Of a stretch of DNA of 64,000 bases, positions 8,900 through 22,519 are shown in pieces; position 1 is the stretch's first letter; every line of letters starts with the position of its first letter. A model generated the notes under the pieces. That model saw nothing but the letters and a program-made list of their open reading frames with translations, did not search any database and was not told the origin of the DNA. The stretch is from Squalus acanthias (Eukaryota), in NCBI GenBank assembly GCA_030390025.1, contig CM059431.1:149422001-149486000 (forward strand), given 5' to 3'. A program made the position numbers and the translations under genes.

Positions 8900-11800
8900 G
8901 CCGGGACACAGAAGCCAGCATGAGCGCAGCAGCGAGGTCAAGTCACAAGAGTTGCGCAGCGTGGACCAGCAGTGGGGTCGGGGCCCAGGGAAGTTGCGGC
9001 AACGGGCCAACAGCGAGTTCGGGAGTACGACAATGCATGCTACGAAATCCAGGCAGAGAGGACCTGTGGGAAGGAGGGAGAAAGATTGTAGGAGTATGTT
9101 TGTGTGTGTGTGCTTGGCCGATGGTGCAGAGCATTGTCTGCAATCGTCTTGTATCCCCTTGCCATTGGTCCAAGACATTGCTCTGTCAAGCCCGTGTGGT
9201 AGCTGGTGTGCAACGGCAAGCCCACGTTCAAAGAATTCACGCACAGGCACTTCCACCCTTTAAAATGAAGTTCAGGACCTGGAACTTAAGGACCCTCATG
9301 GACAACTCGGGGAGCTCAGACGTTTCGACAATGACATCGTCGCACTAATTGAGACCCGGCGGGCAGGGGAAGGCCAGCTCAAGGAGCAAGGCGTTGGCTA
9401 CACCTTCTTCTGGAAAGACAAACCTGAAGACGGATGCCACCACCATGGGATAGGCTTCACCATAAAAAATGAACGAGCTGGGCTTGTCAGAGACTCCCCT
9501 TGCGGTATTAATGAGTGCCTCATGTCTCTTCAGCTCAACCTAGCCCGGAACCAGTGCGCTCCGGACATCAGTGCTTGCGCCACAACACTGGAAGCCACCG
9601 ACGAGCCAAAGAGGAATTCTGCTCCAGCCTGGAAAAATCCCTGTCCCGAGTCCCAACAGGCGAAAAGCAAATCCTCCTTGGCGACTTTAACGCCAGAGTT
9701 GGAAAGGACATCGTCCTCTCGGTTGGTGTGATCAGCAGAGAGCGGGTAGGCAATGCCTCCTCCTGACGAAATGATTAGAAAATGGCTTTGTCATAACCAA
9801 CAACTTGTTCCCTCAGAGAGAATAGTGCAAAGCTTCATGGCAGCAACCTCGCTCCAAGCATTGGCATCTGCTGGACTACGTCATCGTCCGAGCGAGCGAC
9901 TGCAAGTATGTCCGCATCACCTGCGCCATGATAGGTACACAAGCTAGCTGGACAGACCACCACCTAATCCGCTCTGTCATCTCCTACAACGTAGAGCCAA
10001 AACAGCGGCTGCAATGCCACAGGAAAATCAAAGCTGGAGCACTCTAAGACCCCGCTAAGAGAGCCTTATTCTGACTGCGCCTCACAAACAATCTGATGAC
10101 TCCCAGTGATGCAGAGACACAGAGTGTCCACAGCGCCTGGGCTGCACTCAAGGCCTCCATAATCAACACCTGTTAAGAGACTCTACTCGATCGACCAGTA
10201 AACACAAAGACTGTTAGGACGAGGACGAACAGGAGATCCAAGAGCTGATAAGCTGCGAGTGCAAGGCATTCGTGAACTGGAAACAGCAACACAACTCGAG
10301 AGCAAGACAGCAGCTCTACAAACGCCTGAATGCCGAGGTCCAACAAAAAACTCACGACCTAAAGAACAGATGGTGGGTGGAGAAAGCGCAGGAGATCCAG
10401 CAGCTAGCCGACAACCACGACATGCGTGGATTTAAGCGCAGTCAAGAGCACCGACGGCCCAAGAATCCAAGGTCCTACCCCACTGCGGGCCAAGAACGGA
10501 GAGATACTCATCAAGGACAGAGACACAGTCAGTTTGTCACTGGAAGAAGCACTAAGAAGATCTTCTTAACCGAGATTCTGTCTTCGACGTGAGTGCCCTC
10601 AAATCCATCCCGCAGCATGCTACCCGCCACCATCTCAGCACAACCGCGTGAGATAGAAAAGGCCATCCAACAACTGAAGAATAACAAGGCCTCAGGAGCA
10701 GATGGAATCCTCGTAGAGGTGCTAAAACATGTCTGAGAAGCACTATTGGCACGAATACGTGAACTCATTTCTCTTATTTGGAAGGAGGAGAGCATGCCAG
10801 GGGATCTCAGAGACGCGGTAATCGTGACCATCTTCAAGAAAGCTGACAAGTACTATTGTGGTAATTACAGAGTTGTCTCCCTGATGTCTGCCACAAGTAA
10901 AGTCATCGCAAGAATCCTCCTCAATCGCCTTCTCCCAGTGACTGAAGAGATCCACCCAGAGTCGCAATGCGGATTACGCACACTAAGGGGCAGAATGGAC
11001 ATGATCTTCACCGTGAGTCAACTACAAGAGAAATGCAGGGAACAGAACCAACCCCTGTGCATAGCCTTCTTTGACCTCAAAAACGCCTTTGATATCGTAA
11101 ACCGTGATGGATTATTGACAGTCCTCCTCACATTCGGCTGCCCTCAAATATTTATCACCAACCTCCGCCTGCTCCACGACGACATGCAAGCTGTGATCCT
11201 GAACAACGGATCCACCACAAACCAGATTCGAGTACGGCCCGGGGTCAAGCAAGGCTGTGCAACCAAACCAACGCTCTTCTAGATCTTCCTTGCTGCAATG
11301 CTCCATCTCAACCTCAGTAAACTTCCCGCTGGAGTGGAGCTAATCTGCAGAACAAACGGAACACTTTTCAACCTCTGTCGTCTCCAGTCTGGATCCAAGG
11401 ACGTCCCATCCACTTTAATTAAATTACAGTATGCTGAGGCCGAAATCCAAACCAAAGTCAACACCTTAACCGAAGCATACGAGAGCATGGGCCTTACACT
11501 AATCATCCGTCAGACAAAGGTCCTCCTCCAACCTACCCCCGCCACACAGTACTGCTCCCTGAATATCAAAATTCATGACGTGGCCTTCGACAACCTGGAC
11601 CACTTTCCATACCTCGGGACCCTACTGTCAACAAGAACAGACGTCGATGAGGAAGTCCAACACCGACTTCCGTGTGCCAGTGCAGCCTTCGGTCGCCTGA
11701 GGAAAAGAGTGTTTGAAGACCAGGACCTCAAACCCGGCACTAAGGTCATGGTTTACAGAACCTGTCCTGTATGCTTCAGAGACATGGACCATGTACAGTA

Positions 11801-12330
11801 GGCACTTTAAATCATGGAGAGGTACCACCAACGCTGCCTCTGCGTTGGCAGGATAGGAGCACCAGCGACAGTACTCTCGCTCAGGCTCCGATGGACGGGT
11901 CAGATCGTCCGCATGCTCGATACGAGATTCCCAAATCTTGCGCTCTACACGGAGCTCCGACATGGCAAAGAGTCCCAGGTGGGCAGAGGACACGCTTCAA
12001 GGAGACCCTCAAAGCCTCCATGAAAAAATGGAACATCCCCACCGACAGATGGGAATCCCTGGCCCAAGACCGCACAGAATGCAGGAGAAGCATCCGGGAA
12101 GGCGCCGAACCCCTCAAATCTCTTCGGCAGGAGCAAGCGGAAGCCAAGCGCACCCAGTGAAATGAGCGCACCTCAATCCAAGCACCCCAACCACCCGCCC
12201 CTTCAAGCACCGTCTGCCCAACCTGTGAGAGAAACTGTAGGTTCCGCATTGGACTCATCAGTCACCTGATAACTCATTTTTTAGTGTGGAAGCAAGTCAA
12301 ACTCGATTTCGAGGGTCTACCTAAGAGATA
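8900..12330 (+). mobile_element. RTE-clade LINE, near full length, degenerate
   Basis: ORF start MKFRTWNLRTLMD at ~9265; APE motif LLGDFNARVG; RT motifs ESQCG, AFFDLKNAFD, GVKQGC, LQYA; C-terminal CPTCERNC..IGLISH; many stops/frameshifts; 5' boundary approximate. Confidence 0.92.
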
Positions 12331-12439
12331 ATAGAGTCTAGCATTTTCCCTACTGCTGATAAAAGGCTAACTGATCTGTAGTTCCACGTTTTCTCTCTCC
12401 CTACTTTCTTAAATAGTGGGGTTACATTTCCTCACTCTC

Positions 12440-12900
12440 TCTCGGACCAAGGGGTCGATGGACAATGATCAGTATCAGGAAACCTGGCTAATTTCCCCTC
12501 TCACTAAACCAGGGGTCCCTGGACAGGGCTCAGGAGCAGGAACTCTGGCTCAACCCCATCCTTTCAAACCCAGGGCACACTGGAAACTGACCAGGAGCAG
12601 GAACACTGGCTCAGTCCCACCCTCCCAAACACAGGCGTCACTGGAAAGTGATCAGGAGCAAGAAGCCTGGCTGATTTCAGCTTTCAATAAACCAGGGCTC
12701 AGTGGACAGTGATCAGTTTCAGGAACCCTGGCTGATTTCGCCTCTCTATCTAACAGTTGTCACTGGACTGTGATTAGGAGCAAGAACCCTGGCGGAATTC
12801 CACTCTCTATAAACCAGGGCTCACTGGACAATGAACAGGCGCAGGAACCATGGCTTGTTTCACCTCTATCTAAACCAGAGCTCACTGGACAGTGATCAGA
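12440..12900 (+). repeat. ~60-bp tandem repeat
   Basis: Unit AAACCAGGGGTCACTGGACAGTGATCAGGAGCAGGAACCCTGGCTGATTTCCCCTCT, ~8 copies. Confidence 0.85.
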
Positions 12901-13278
12901 TGGGTTTTTATAACAATCCGGTAGTTCCATGGTAACCGTTACCGCTTCCAGCTTTTTATTCCAGATTTATATAATTAACGGCGCGGCTCCGTGAGATGTT
13001 GTGATGAGAACGGAGCTACATCTCCCAGCATGCCCAGCGAGTTGGACTCCTCCACATAGTCCAGGAAGCCGGCTCCAACGGCAATATTTAAAGGGATCCT
13101 CACCAATATCTCGCCCCTATCAGTGTTTTGCAGTTTGAGTGGCTGTGTGCTATTTCCTGCCACTGCAAGAGCTTTCTTTAGTTATTTCACGTTTATTTAG
13201 TAATAGGGAGTATTCTGGAAAGTAAAAAACTCCCTCATTATTTTTGAGGCGCTTCAAACTATAACACCTGCTATAAGT

Positions 13279-14420
13279 AATGGGGACTGTACTGGCAGTC
13301 GACCTCGCCCTCCAGCAAAAACAGTGGAGGGAGCGGAGGCAGCGAGAAAGATGGGACCATGTGCGCAGAGGGAGGAAGAAGAGGGCCATCAACAGGAGGG
13401 CTTACCCTCCTCGGGTCTTCCGACATCAGTGCACCTACCTTAAATTAAGTAAGGAGCAGTGTATTCGGAGGCTTCGTTTCACCAAGGAGTTCATCACAGA
13501 ACTCTGCCCCCCTCCTGAAACCAGAACACCATTATCAGTCCAGGGAAACCGCAGCTCTCCCAGTGTCTGTCAAGATCACCGTGGCCCTCAATTTCTTGGC
13601 CAGAGGATGCTTCCAGTGTGCAGCAGGAGAAGTAGCTAACATCGCACAGTTCGCCGTCCATCGCTGCATCCTGGATGTCACTGAGTCTCTCTAAAACAGG
13701 AGAAGGGACTAAATTGGCGACCTCATTACCAGAGAGAAGCGGTACGAGCTTGCCTGTGGCTTTGCCAGGATAGCGGGCTTCCCCAAGGTGAAGGGCACCA
13801 TCGACTGCAGCCACGTGGCTTTGCGGGCACCGCATAACAATCCTGAGAATTTCCGTAACTGCAAAGTGAGACCACACACCGTGAATCCTCTATGTCAATG
13901 CCCGCTATCCTGGCAGCAGCTATTTTTCCTTCATTCTGCGCAAGGCCGGTGTGGAAACACTCTTCCAGCCACGACGTCAAGCTCGAGCATGGCTGCTCGG
14001 AGACACGCGCTAGCCACTCTCCACCCGGCATATGACTCCCCTCATCAACTCCAACATTCATACTAAGCACTCATATAATGGAAGACGTACTACCACTAGC
14101 AACATCATCGAGCAGACCATCGGTTTATTGAAGTAACGGTTCTGCTGCCTTGGCAGCTCGGGAGGAGCTCTCCAGTACTCCGCTGAGCGGGTGTCCCATT
14201 TCGAGGTTGTCTGCTACATGCTTCACAACTTGGTATTCTTGACGGCGCATCCTTTGCCGGCAGGGATTGCGGAAACTCTGCAGGAGGAGAACGAGGAAGA
14301 AGACGAAAGGAGGACGAGGAGGAGATGGAAGTGGAGCAGGAGGGAGGGTGGAGGCAGTGAGAAAATTGGTCTTTTGGATGGGCCGTCCGTGATCAGCTCA
14401 TCAGACTCCGATTCACATGA
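13279..14420 (+). mobile_element. PIF/Harbinger transposase (HARBI1-like) pseudogene
   Basis: Fragments YPPRVFR..CIRRLRFTKE, KITVALNFLA, IAGFPKVKGTIDCSHVALRAP, IIEQTIGLLK*RF, GALQYS..VVCYMLHNL and acidic tail; frameshifted; element probably spans ~12980-14930. Confidence 0.88.
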
Positions 14421-14959
14421 ATGAAAGCCCAGATCCCCGTATTTCACCACATCCCCTTTCTCATGGCGGATCACAGCGTCCTCCTGGGCGCAAGGGTGAA
14501 AAGATTGAAACCACAAAAGATTCCAACACAATTAATAAATGTATCCATAAATATATCACAAATACTTACATAAACACTATTACATAAATACAATAATGAA
14601 TCGCCCTTGCACAATCCCTTAGTGCCTGTCGTTCGTGTGCATTTTCCGACTCTGGTGCTCCTACGCAGTGCTACCCCATGTGGCTGAAGCACGGCTGGTG
14701 GAAGGCTGCTGAGTTGCCATGCTGGAGACTTCAGATGGCATTGCAGGACGACCTCGACCAGCTGTGGACCTACAAGGCCCGGCTGCAGACTGCACCACCT
14801 CGGTATGGGCGACGGAACTCTGGGCTGGCTGGCTGATGGGCAAGGGCAAGGGCAAGGGCGGATTTGCAGAGGTGGGAGCAGGATTGCACTCAGCCTGAGA
14901 GATGACAGCAGGTTCCTGCTCCACTGACCCACTCCTGTTCCAATTTCTTATGTTCTTAA

Positions 14960-15577
14960 GTTCATATAATACAGAAGGAGGAGAAAAAAGTGATAGAGTG
15001 AGAGTTAGAGAGGCATAGAGCGAGGAACAGAGAGAGAGAGATAGACAGAGAGGGACAGCGAGAGATATTATGGAAAGAGAGAGAGACAAAGAGAGAAACA
15101 TCCAGTGAGAGACAGAGAAAGCGATACAAAAAGAGACAGAGAGAGCTAAAGGCAGAGAGAGAGTCAGAGAGGAGTGAGTGAGAGAGAGAGACAGACAAAG
15201 ATAGATAGAGATATCGAGGGAGGGAATGAGGCAGACATGCAGAGAATGGGATAGTAGAAAGTGATGGAGAGAGACAGAGACTTGGAGACATTGACACAGA
15301 AAGACAGAGAAAAGCAAAGAGATAGACAGGACCAGAGACAAGGAGAGAGTGAGAGGGAGAGAGAAAGGGAGATAGGGAGAGGAGAGATAGACCGAGAGAG
15401 TGATGAAGAGAGACTTTAAAAAGGAGCGACAGGTTGTGAGAGACAGAGAAAGTGAATTTGAAGCAGAGGGGGTGCGATAGAGGGAGGCAGAGACATAAAT
15501 AGAGAGACATATTGTGAGAGGGAAAGTCAGAGCACAGGAGAGAGAGATGGAGTGACAGTGTGAGTGACAGCGACAAA

Positions 15578-15612
<35 letters not shown>

Positions 15613-17070
15613 GGAGAGAGAGGCAAAGTAAATAGAGAGTTACAGAGAGAGGGGGTGAGAATTAGATGGATAGATGGACAGAGTGAGACACAGAGTGAGA
15701 CAGAGTGAGACGCAGAGTGAGACACAGTTTGAGACACAAAGTGAGACACAGAGAGACATAAAGTGAGACACAAAGTGAGACACAGATTGAGATGCAGAGT
15801 GAGACACAGAGTGAGACACAGAGTGAGACGCAGAGTGAGACACAGAGTGAGACACAGAGACCACAGAGTGAGACACAGAGTGAGACGCAGAACGAGACAC
15901 AGAGTGAGACACAGAGAGACACAGAGTGAGACACAGAGTGAGACGCAGAGTTAGACACAGAGTGAGACACAGAGTGAGACACAGAGAGACACAGAGTGAG
16001 ACACAGAGTGAGACAAAGATTTAGACGCAGAGTGAGACACAGAGTGAGACGCAGAGTGAGACGCAGAGTGAGAGGCAGAGAGAGACACAGAGTGAGACAG
16101 AGAGTGAGACACAGAGAGACACAGAGTGAGACACAGAGTGAGACATAGCGAGACACAGAGTGAGACACAGAGTGAGACACACAGAGATACAGAGTGAGAC
16201 ACAGAGTGACACCGAGTGAGACACAGAGTGACACACAGAGAGGAAGATAAGGGTAGAGAAAGAGCGAGAGATATAGAGACAGAGATAGAAGGGCAGAGAG
16301 AGAGAGACAGAGGAAGTGAAACAGATAGAGCTAGCGAGACAGAGGGGGGAAAGTGGGAAAGACCGAGAGACCGAGAGAGAGAGACAGGAGGGAGTCTGAG
16401 CTACAGAGTCAGAAAGAGAGAGAGAGGGAAAGAGAGACAGACAGAAGAGGAATGCGAGAGAGAAGAGGAGAGACAGAGAGAATAGACGACGATAGATATA
16501 GAGAGGGAGAGGGAGAGACCGGGATAGATTGAAAGAGACAAAGAGCGAGAGAGGGACAGCGGGATGCATAGAGACAGAGAGAGAAAGGGATATTGCAGGC
16601 AGAGAGAAACAGAGGCTGGGAAAAACGGAGAGAGAGAGAGACAAAAAATGAGAAAAGGGGAAGAGAGAGACACACACACACAGAGTGATCAATTGAAAGG
16701 GGGAGACTGAGAGCCAGATAGAGATAGAGAGCGAGGGAGACACAGAGAGAGACGGAAAAGAGCAGAGAGAGCGTCGGGAAATGTGGAAACAGAGTGGATG
16801 ACAGAAAACAACATTGAAAGATTGAGAGAAAGATCGTGAGAAAATGAGAGAAAGATAGAAAGAGCAACGCAGTGAGATAAGCAGGGACAGAGGGAGTGAC
16901 TAAGTGGCATTCAGAGAGGGAGAGGCAGATAGAAGGAGGGAGACAGAGGAGGAGAGGGAAAGAAGGACCTGGAGAGTGCGAGGCAGAGAGAGAGAGTGTG
17001 ACAGAGATAATGGGGAGATCGATGATAGCAGACAAACACGGAGTGAGATGCAGATTATAGACAGAGAGAG
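14960..17070 (+). repeat. GA-rich low-complexity tract with a (GAGTGAGACACA)n 12-mer array at ~15676-16236
   Basis: Direct inspection. Confidence 0.95.
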
Positions 17071-17644
17071 ATTTGTTTCCCTCTTGGTTCTGTAAAATTA
17101 TGTGTGATGTGAGCCCTTTGAGCTGTTAATTATCAATTGACATAATGTGCTTTATTACTGGGAGTGATCCCAGATTTTTTATCTTCAAAAATGGCAGAGA
17201 ACTGAACTATTGCCAGCTACCAAAATCTACTTGTTGGAAGCACAGTAGATTTATTCCAGGAAGAAAGTGGATTAATTTAAATACACTGGGAAGACGGAAG
17301 CAGGAATTGATATCTCGACACTGATCTGACAGAAAGACTAGAGCAGAGCATCCCAGGGAGGGGCATCACTGAGAGTGTGGGGAGGCAGTGATCATTGGGA
17401 AATGCCCAGGCTCCATTCCCAGCCTGTGTTGAGTTAGCCTTATCTCACACCTGATGTGGTACTGAGCTCCCCCAATACACACACACAGAGTAGGAGAGAC
17501 CCAGGCTTCATCCCCGGCAATTGCTGAGAAGCTGTTCTCACACCCGCTGTGTTACTGAGCCCCACACACGCACACAAACACAGAATGGGACCTTTTACCG
17601 GGAGCTTTGCTCTACATCTCACAAATGCTGTATATGCCATGAGC

Positions 17645-18045
17645 GACTTTGATGGGACAGTATAGAGTGAGTTTTACTCTGTATCTAACCCGTGATGTAC
17701 CTGCCCTGGATGTGTTTGATGGGTCAGTGTAGAGTGACTTTTACTCTGTATCTAACCTGGGCTGTAGCTGACCTGGATGTGTGTCATGGGACAGTAGAGA
17801 GGGAGCTTAACTCTGTATCTAACCCGGGCTGTAGCTGCGCTGGGAGTGTTAGATGGGAAAGTGCAGAGGGAGCTTTACTCTGTATCTAACCCGTGCTGTA
17901 CCTGCCCTGGGAGTGTTTGATGGGACAGTGTAGAGGGAACTTTATTCTGTATCTAACCCCGTGCTGTACCTGCCCTGGGAGTGTTAGATGGGATAGTGTA
18001 GAGGGAGCTTTACTCTGTATCTAAACCCGTGCTATACCTTCCAGT
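17645..18045 (+). repeat. 67-bp minisatellite (~6 copies)
   Basis: Unit GGGACAGTGTAGAGGGAGCTTTACTCTGTATCTAACCCGTGCTGTACCTGCCCTGGGAGTGTTTGAT; spacing 17654 to 17721. Confidence 0.92.
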
Positions 18046-18484
18046 GTAGCAGTTTAAACTAAGATGATTGTCATTCCCCACTCCTCACATTCCTGAGCAT
18101 TTATCTGAGACAGTGTTTCTTTTGGTCATCCTGTTATTACAAAAATCCTTCTGTTCACCCTGTAAGGTTATGTTTCTCGCTGGGGTCCGGGTTCCTCGGG
18201 CAGTTCATTGATTGGTCACTGCTGAGTGTTGCAATTTAGACGGTTGAGGCGTCGCGGTCAGTGTCCATCTTGATTTCCGCTTCTGGAAAAAAAAGTCATC
18301 TCCGCCCCTGCCTGAGCTCATCTTCTGCTGGCCATCTTATCCTCGTCTTGGTTACCTCTAGACACGATATCCTGAGAACAAATAGATCTAAATAATGTAA
18401 TAGGAATACAATCAATTATTTTTAATTCACTGATAAAAACATGCACTGCCTGTGATCAGAGCGGGGTGTCATGCTCCTCTAAAC

Positions 18485-18790
18485 AAATTACATAGAATGT
18501 ACAGCACAGAAACAGGCCATTAGCCCAACTGCTCCATGCCGGTGCTGATGCTCCACAGGAAACTCCTCCCACCCCTTTTAATCTTACACTATCAGCATAA
18601 CCTTCTATTCCTTTCTCCTTCATGTGTTTTTCACGCTTCCCCTTAAATGGATCAATGCCATTTACTTCAAACAATCTCTCTGTGGTAGCGAGTTCCACAT
18701 TCTCACCTCTCTCTGGGTAAAAAGGTTTCTCCTGAAATGCTAATTGTATTTATTGGTGACTATTTTATATTCATGGCCCCTATTTTTGGT
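18485..18790 (-). mobile_element. CR1 3' end fragment
   Basis: Minus strand KHMKEKGIEGYAD and CR1-type 3' UTR. Confidence 0.75.
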
Positions 18791-18984
18791 CTCATTATTA
18801 TTTCATGATTTCAGTATTTTTAAACTCTATTATGAATTTGTCAACACACCTTGCCGCACCATCAGATTGTGTTTGCTTTTCCGCTGTCGACTTTATCAGA
18901 GTACAAGTTACGATTAGAATCTGTCTCAAAAACTGCAGGACTCCGATTCTACACATGAGACAAAGTCTCAATGGAATCTGTTAT

Positions 18985-21760
18985 CATAGAATCATAGAAT
19001 CATACAGCGCAGAAGGAGGCCATTCAGTCCATCGAGCCTGTGCCGGCTCTTTGAAAGAGCTTTTCAATTAGTGCCCCTACCCCTGTTCTTTTCCCATAGT
19101 CCTGCAAATCCCTCACTTCCAGTATTGATCCCGTTCCCTTTTGGAAGTTATTATTGAATCTGCTTCTATGACATTTTCAGGCAGTGCATTCCCGATCATA
19201 ACAACTCGCTGCATATATCAAATTCTCCTCATCATCACTTTGGTTCTTTTCCCAATTATCTTATATCTGTGTCTTCTGGTTACCGACCCTTCTGCCAGTA
19301 GAAATATTTCCTCCTGATTTACTCTATCAAACCCATCATAATTGTGAACATCTCCAGTATATCTCCCTTTTATATTGCGTGCTCATTGGAGTACAATTCC
19401 AGCTTCTGTTGTCTCTTCGCATAAATTAAGTCCCATATCCTTGTTATCACTGTAGCAAATCTCCTCTGTGCCCACTCCAACTCCTTGACATCCTTCCTGA
19501 AGTGTACTGCCAAGAATTGAACACAATACTCCAGCAGGGGCCCAACCAGTGATTTATAAAGGTTCAGCATAACTTCCTGGCTCTTGTACACTTTCTCTTT
19601 TAATAATCTTTTGATATTGTCCTGCCATCTTCAAAGGCTTGTGTACATAAACTCCCAGGTGTCTCTTTTCCTGCACCCACTTTAAAATTTTACAGTTTAG
19701 TTTATATTGCCTCTCCTCAGTTTCCTCCCAGATTTATCCTTCACACCTCTCTGCATTAAATTTCATCTGACTTTTTTACATTTTTATTATTTCATGGGAT
19801 GTGCCATGGCTGGCACTGACAGCAATTATTGTCCATCCCTAATTGCACTTGTGAAATTGGAGTTGAGCCGCCTTCTAGAACAGCTGTAGTCCTTGGATCG
19901 TCGTTTCTCCCACAGTACTCTTCCGAAGGGAGATGCAGGATTTTGACCCAGCGACGATGAAGGAACGGCGATATACTCCTAAACTAGGAAATTGTGTGAC
20001 TTGGAAGGGAACTTGGAGGTGCTGATGTTTCCATGCGCCTGCTGCCCTTGTCCTTCTAGGTGGTAGAGGTCGCGGGTTTGAGAGGTTCTGTCGAAGAAGC
20101 CTTGGCGAGCTGGTGCATTGTATCTTGAAGATGTTACACACTGCAGCCAAGGTGCACCATCGGTGGAGGCAGTAAACTCTTAAGGTTATTGATGTGGTGC
20201 CAGTCAAGCGGGCTGCTTTGAACTGGATGATGTCGAGCATCTTGAGTGTTGTTGGAGCTGCACTCATCCAGACAAGTGGAGAGTATTCCATCACACCCCT
20301 GAGTTGTGCCTTGTAGATGGTGGAAAGGCTTTGGGGTGTCAGGAGGTGAGACAATCGCCGAAGAATATCCAGGCTCTGACCTGCTCTTGTAGCCACAATT
20401 TTTACGTGGCTCGTCCCGGTCCAGTTAAGTTTCTGGTGAATGTTGACCCTCAGGATATTGATGGTGATGGATTTGGTGATAATAAGGCCATTGAATGTCA
20501 CGGGGAGGTGAGAATTGTTGGAGACCGTCATTGCCTGGCACTTGTGTGATTCGAGTGCTACTTACCTCTTACAGCGCAAGCCTGAAAGTCGTCCAGGTCT
20601 TGTTGCATGCGGCACCGACTGCTTCATTATCTGAGGAGTAGCGAATGGAAGTGAAAACTGCAATCGTAAGCGAACATCTGCATTTCTGACCTTATGTTGG
20701 AGGGAGTTCATTGATGAAGCAGCCATCTTCCTTTGTGCAGGTTATGACTCCAGCCAATGGAGAGACTTCTGCCTCATTCCGAATTACTTCAATTTTACGA
20801 AGGCTCATTGATGCCACACTTGGTCAAATGCTGCCTTGATGTCGAGGCAGTCACTCTTAGCTCAGCTCTCGAATTCAGCTCTTTGTCCATTTTTCGACCA
20901 AGGCTGTAATGAAGCTGGAGCCCAGTGGCCCTGTCTGAACCAAACTGAGCGTTCGTGCGTAGGTTATTGGTGTTTAGGTATCACTTAATAACACTGTCGA
21001 TGACACCTCTCATTACTTTGCTCATTTCAGCAGTTTGTTTATGTCCTCCTGAAGCCTACTCCGATCCCAATCAGTGTTTACTACATTTCCTATTTTTGTG
21101 TCATCTGCAAACGTTCAAATTATGCCCTTTATATGTATACATATAAATATAACAATATGTTTAATATTTATCTAAATGATCAGTGGTCCGAATAGCGACA
21201 CCTGGGGGACACCACTGTATACTTCACTCCACTCTGAATAACAACCTGTCACCACTACACTCTGTTATCTGTCCCTCAGCCAATGTCAGAGCCGCAAAGC
21301 CACTGCCCCTTTGTTCCTAACAAGTTTATTCAAAGACAGTTAATCAAATGCATTTCTAAAGTCATGTACAAACGTCAATCACATTACGCTCATCAACCCT
21401 TTCCGTTACTTCATCAAAGAACTCAATCAAGATGGTCAGACACACTTTGCCGTTAACGTATCCGTGCTTGTTGTCATTTATTAATCCAGGTTTCTTTCCA
21501 AGTCACAGATAATTTTCTCCGGGTATATGGACTCTAGAAATTCCCCCACCGCCTACTTTACCCTGACTGGCCCGTAGTTACAGGGTTTAACCCTCTCTTC
21601 TTTTTTAAGCAGTTTGTAACATTGGCAACTCTAAAATCCTTTGGTCCCACTCCAATATCCAAGGAGGATTGAACGATTCTGGGCAGTTCCTGCGCTGTTT
21701 CCACCTTTACTTCTCTCAGCAACCCTCAGGCATCTCATCCGGACCGCGGAAATGTTCTAC
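18985..21760 (-). mobile_element. Degenerate CR1, split by a second LINE at ~19772-21020
   Basis: (CATAGAAT)n tail at ~18985-19000; MLNLYKSLVGPLLEYCVQF; CR1 RT sequence resumes at ~21020. Confidence 0.8.
19772..21020 (-). mobile_element. CR1/L2-group LINE 3' fragment nested in CR1
   Basis: ORF 19875-20531 LSTIYKAQLRGVMEYSPLVWMSA; 3' UTR related to the SINE tail at 42340-42430. Confidence 0.8.
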
Positions 21761-22060
21761 TTTACTGTGGTACAGAATGTGCTGGATTGAAATGGGTTAA
21801 CTGAAGCTGTTTGTTCAGTGACTGTAATTAATGTCAATCGCCATGGACCATAAATGCATCTATGCAGGGATTCACTCTTTTATTAATAAGGGACTCCTTT
21901 CAATGTATTATCCCATAGTGTCAGTGAGAGCATCTCCTCCGGCACTAACATTGATCAGTGAGCTGCTCATCAGAGAGTGAGTCAGAATCTGAGAACAGCA
22001 GATTAGAATGTTACCACATTCGGTTGGAACCTAAGAACAGTGGATTGGAATGTTACAACA

Positions 22061-22241
22061 ATGGATCAGAATCTGAGCTCAGTAGATTGGAACGTTACAA
22101 CAATGGGAAAGGGTTTCTCCTAGGCGTTTGACATGTTTTCTGAATATTATGATTATCTATCATTAGCAAATAAGATCTATTACGCACTTCTGATTCTGCA
22201 ATGCATTTAATTTCCCCTCCTTGCTGCTGTTGGTGTTTCTG
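22061..22241 (+). pseudogene. Orphan exon 1 of a divergent GPR139-like GPCR
   Basis: MDQNLSSVDWNVTTMGKGFS*AFDMFSEYYDYLSLANKIYYALLILQCI*FPLLAAVGVS then G|GTAAG; N-glycosylation sequons; two in-frame stops; same donor context as units A and B. Confidence 0.8.
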
Positions 22242-22510
22242 GTAAGTCTCTCTATCCAGTTATCAATTCTATAAAACGTGATTAACTGCACTGCAGTTCT
22301 TGCCTTTTACATGCCCTTCCTTGTTGCGGTTGATGTTCCTGGTAAGTCTCTGTATACAGCTATTAAATCTGTAAACCTTTGCATACTGTATTACTATTCT
22401 CGGAAGTTACTCTCTCATCTGTGCTGCTGTTGGTCTTCCTGTTAAGTCTCTACATACAGCAATTAGATCTGTACACCACGTCTCACTGTATTACTGTGCT
22501 TATCATTTAA
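22200..22510 (+). repeat. ~100-bp tandem repeat of exon-1 end plus splice donor (3 copies)
   Basis: GCTGCTGTTGGTGTTTCTGGTAAGTCTC (22223), GTTGATGTTCCTGGTAAGTCTC (~22329), GTTGGTCTTCCTGTTAAGTCTC (~22429). Confidence 0.85.
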
Positions 22511-22519
22511 ATCTTGGGA

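Noticed and set aside
13279..14420. Domesticated HARBI1 gene
   Set aside because: Multiple stops and frameshifts; transposon relic
14661..17095. Long Leu/Ser/Cys-rich ORFs
   Set aside because: Artefacts of GA/TC simple repeats
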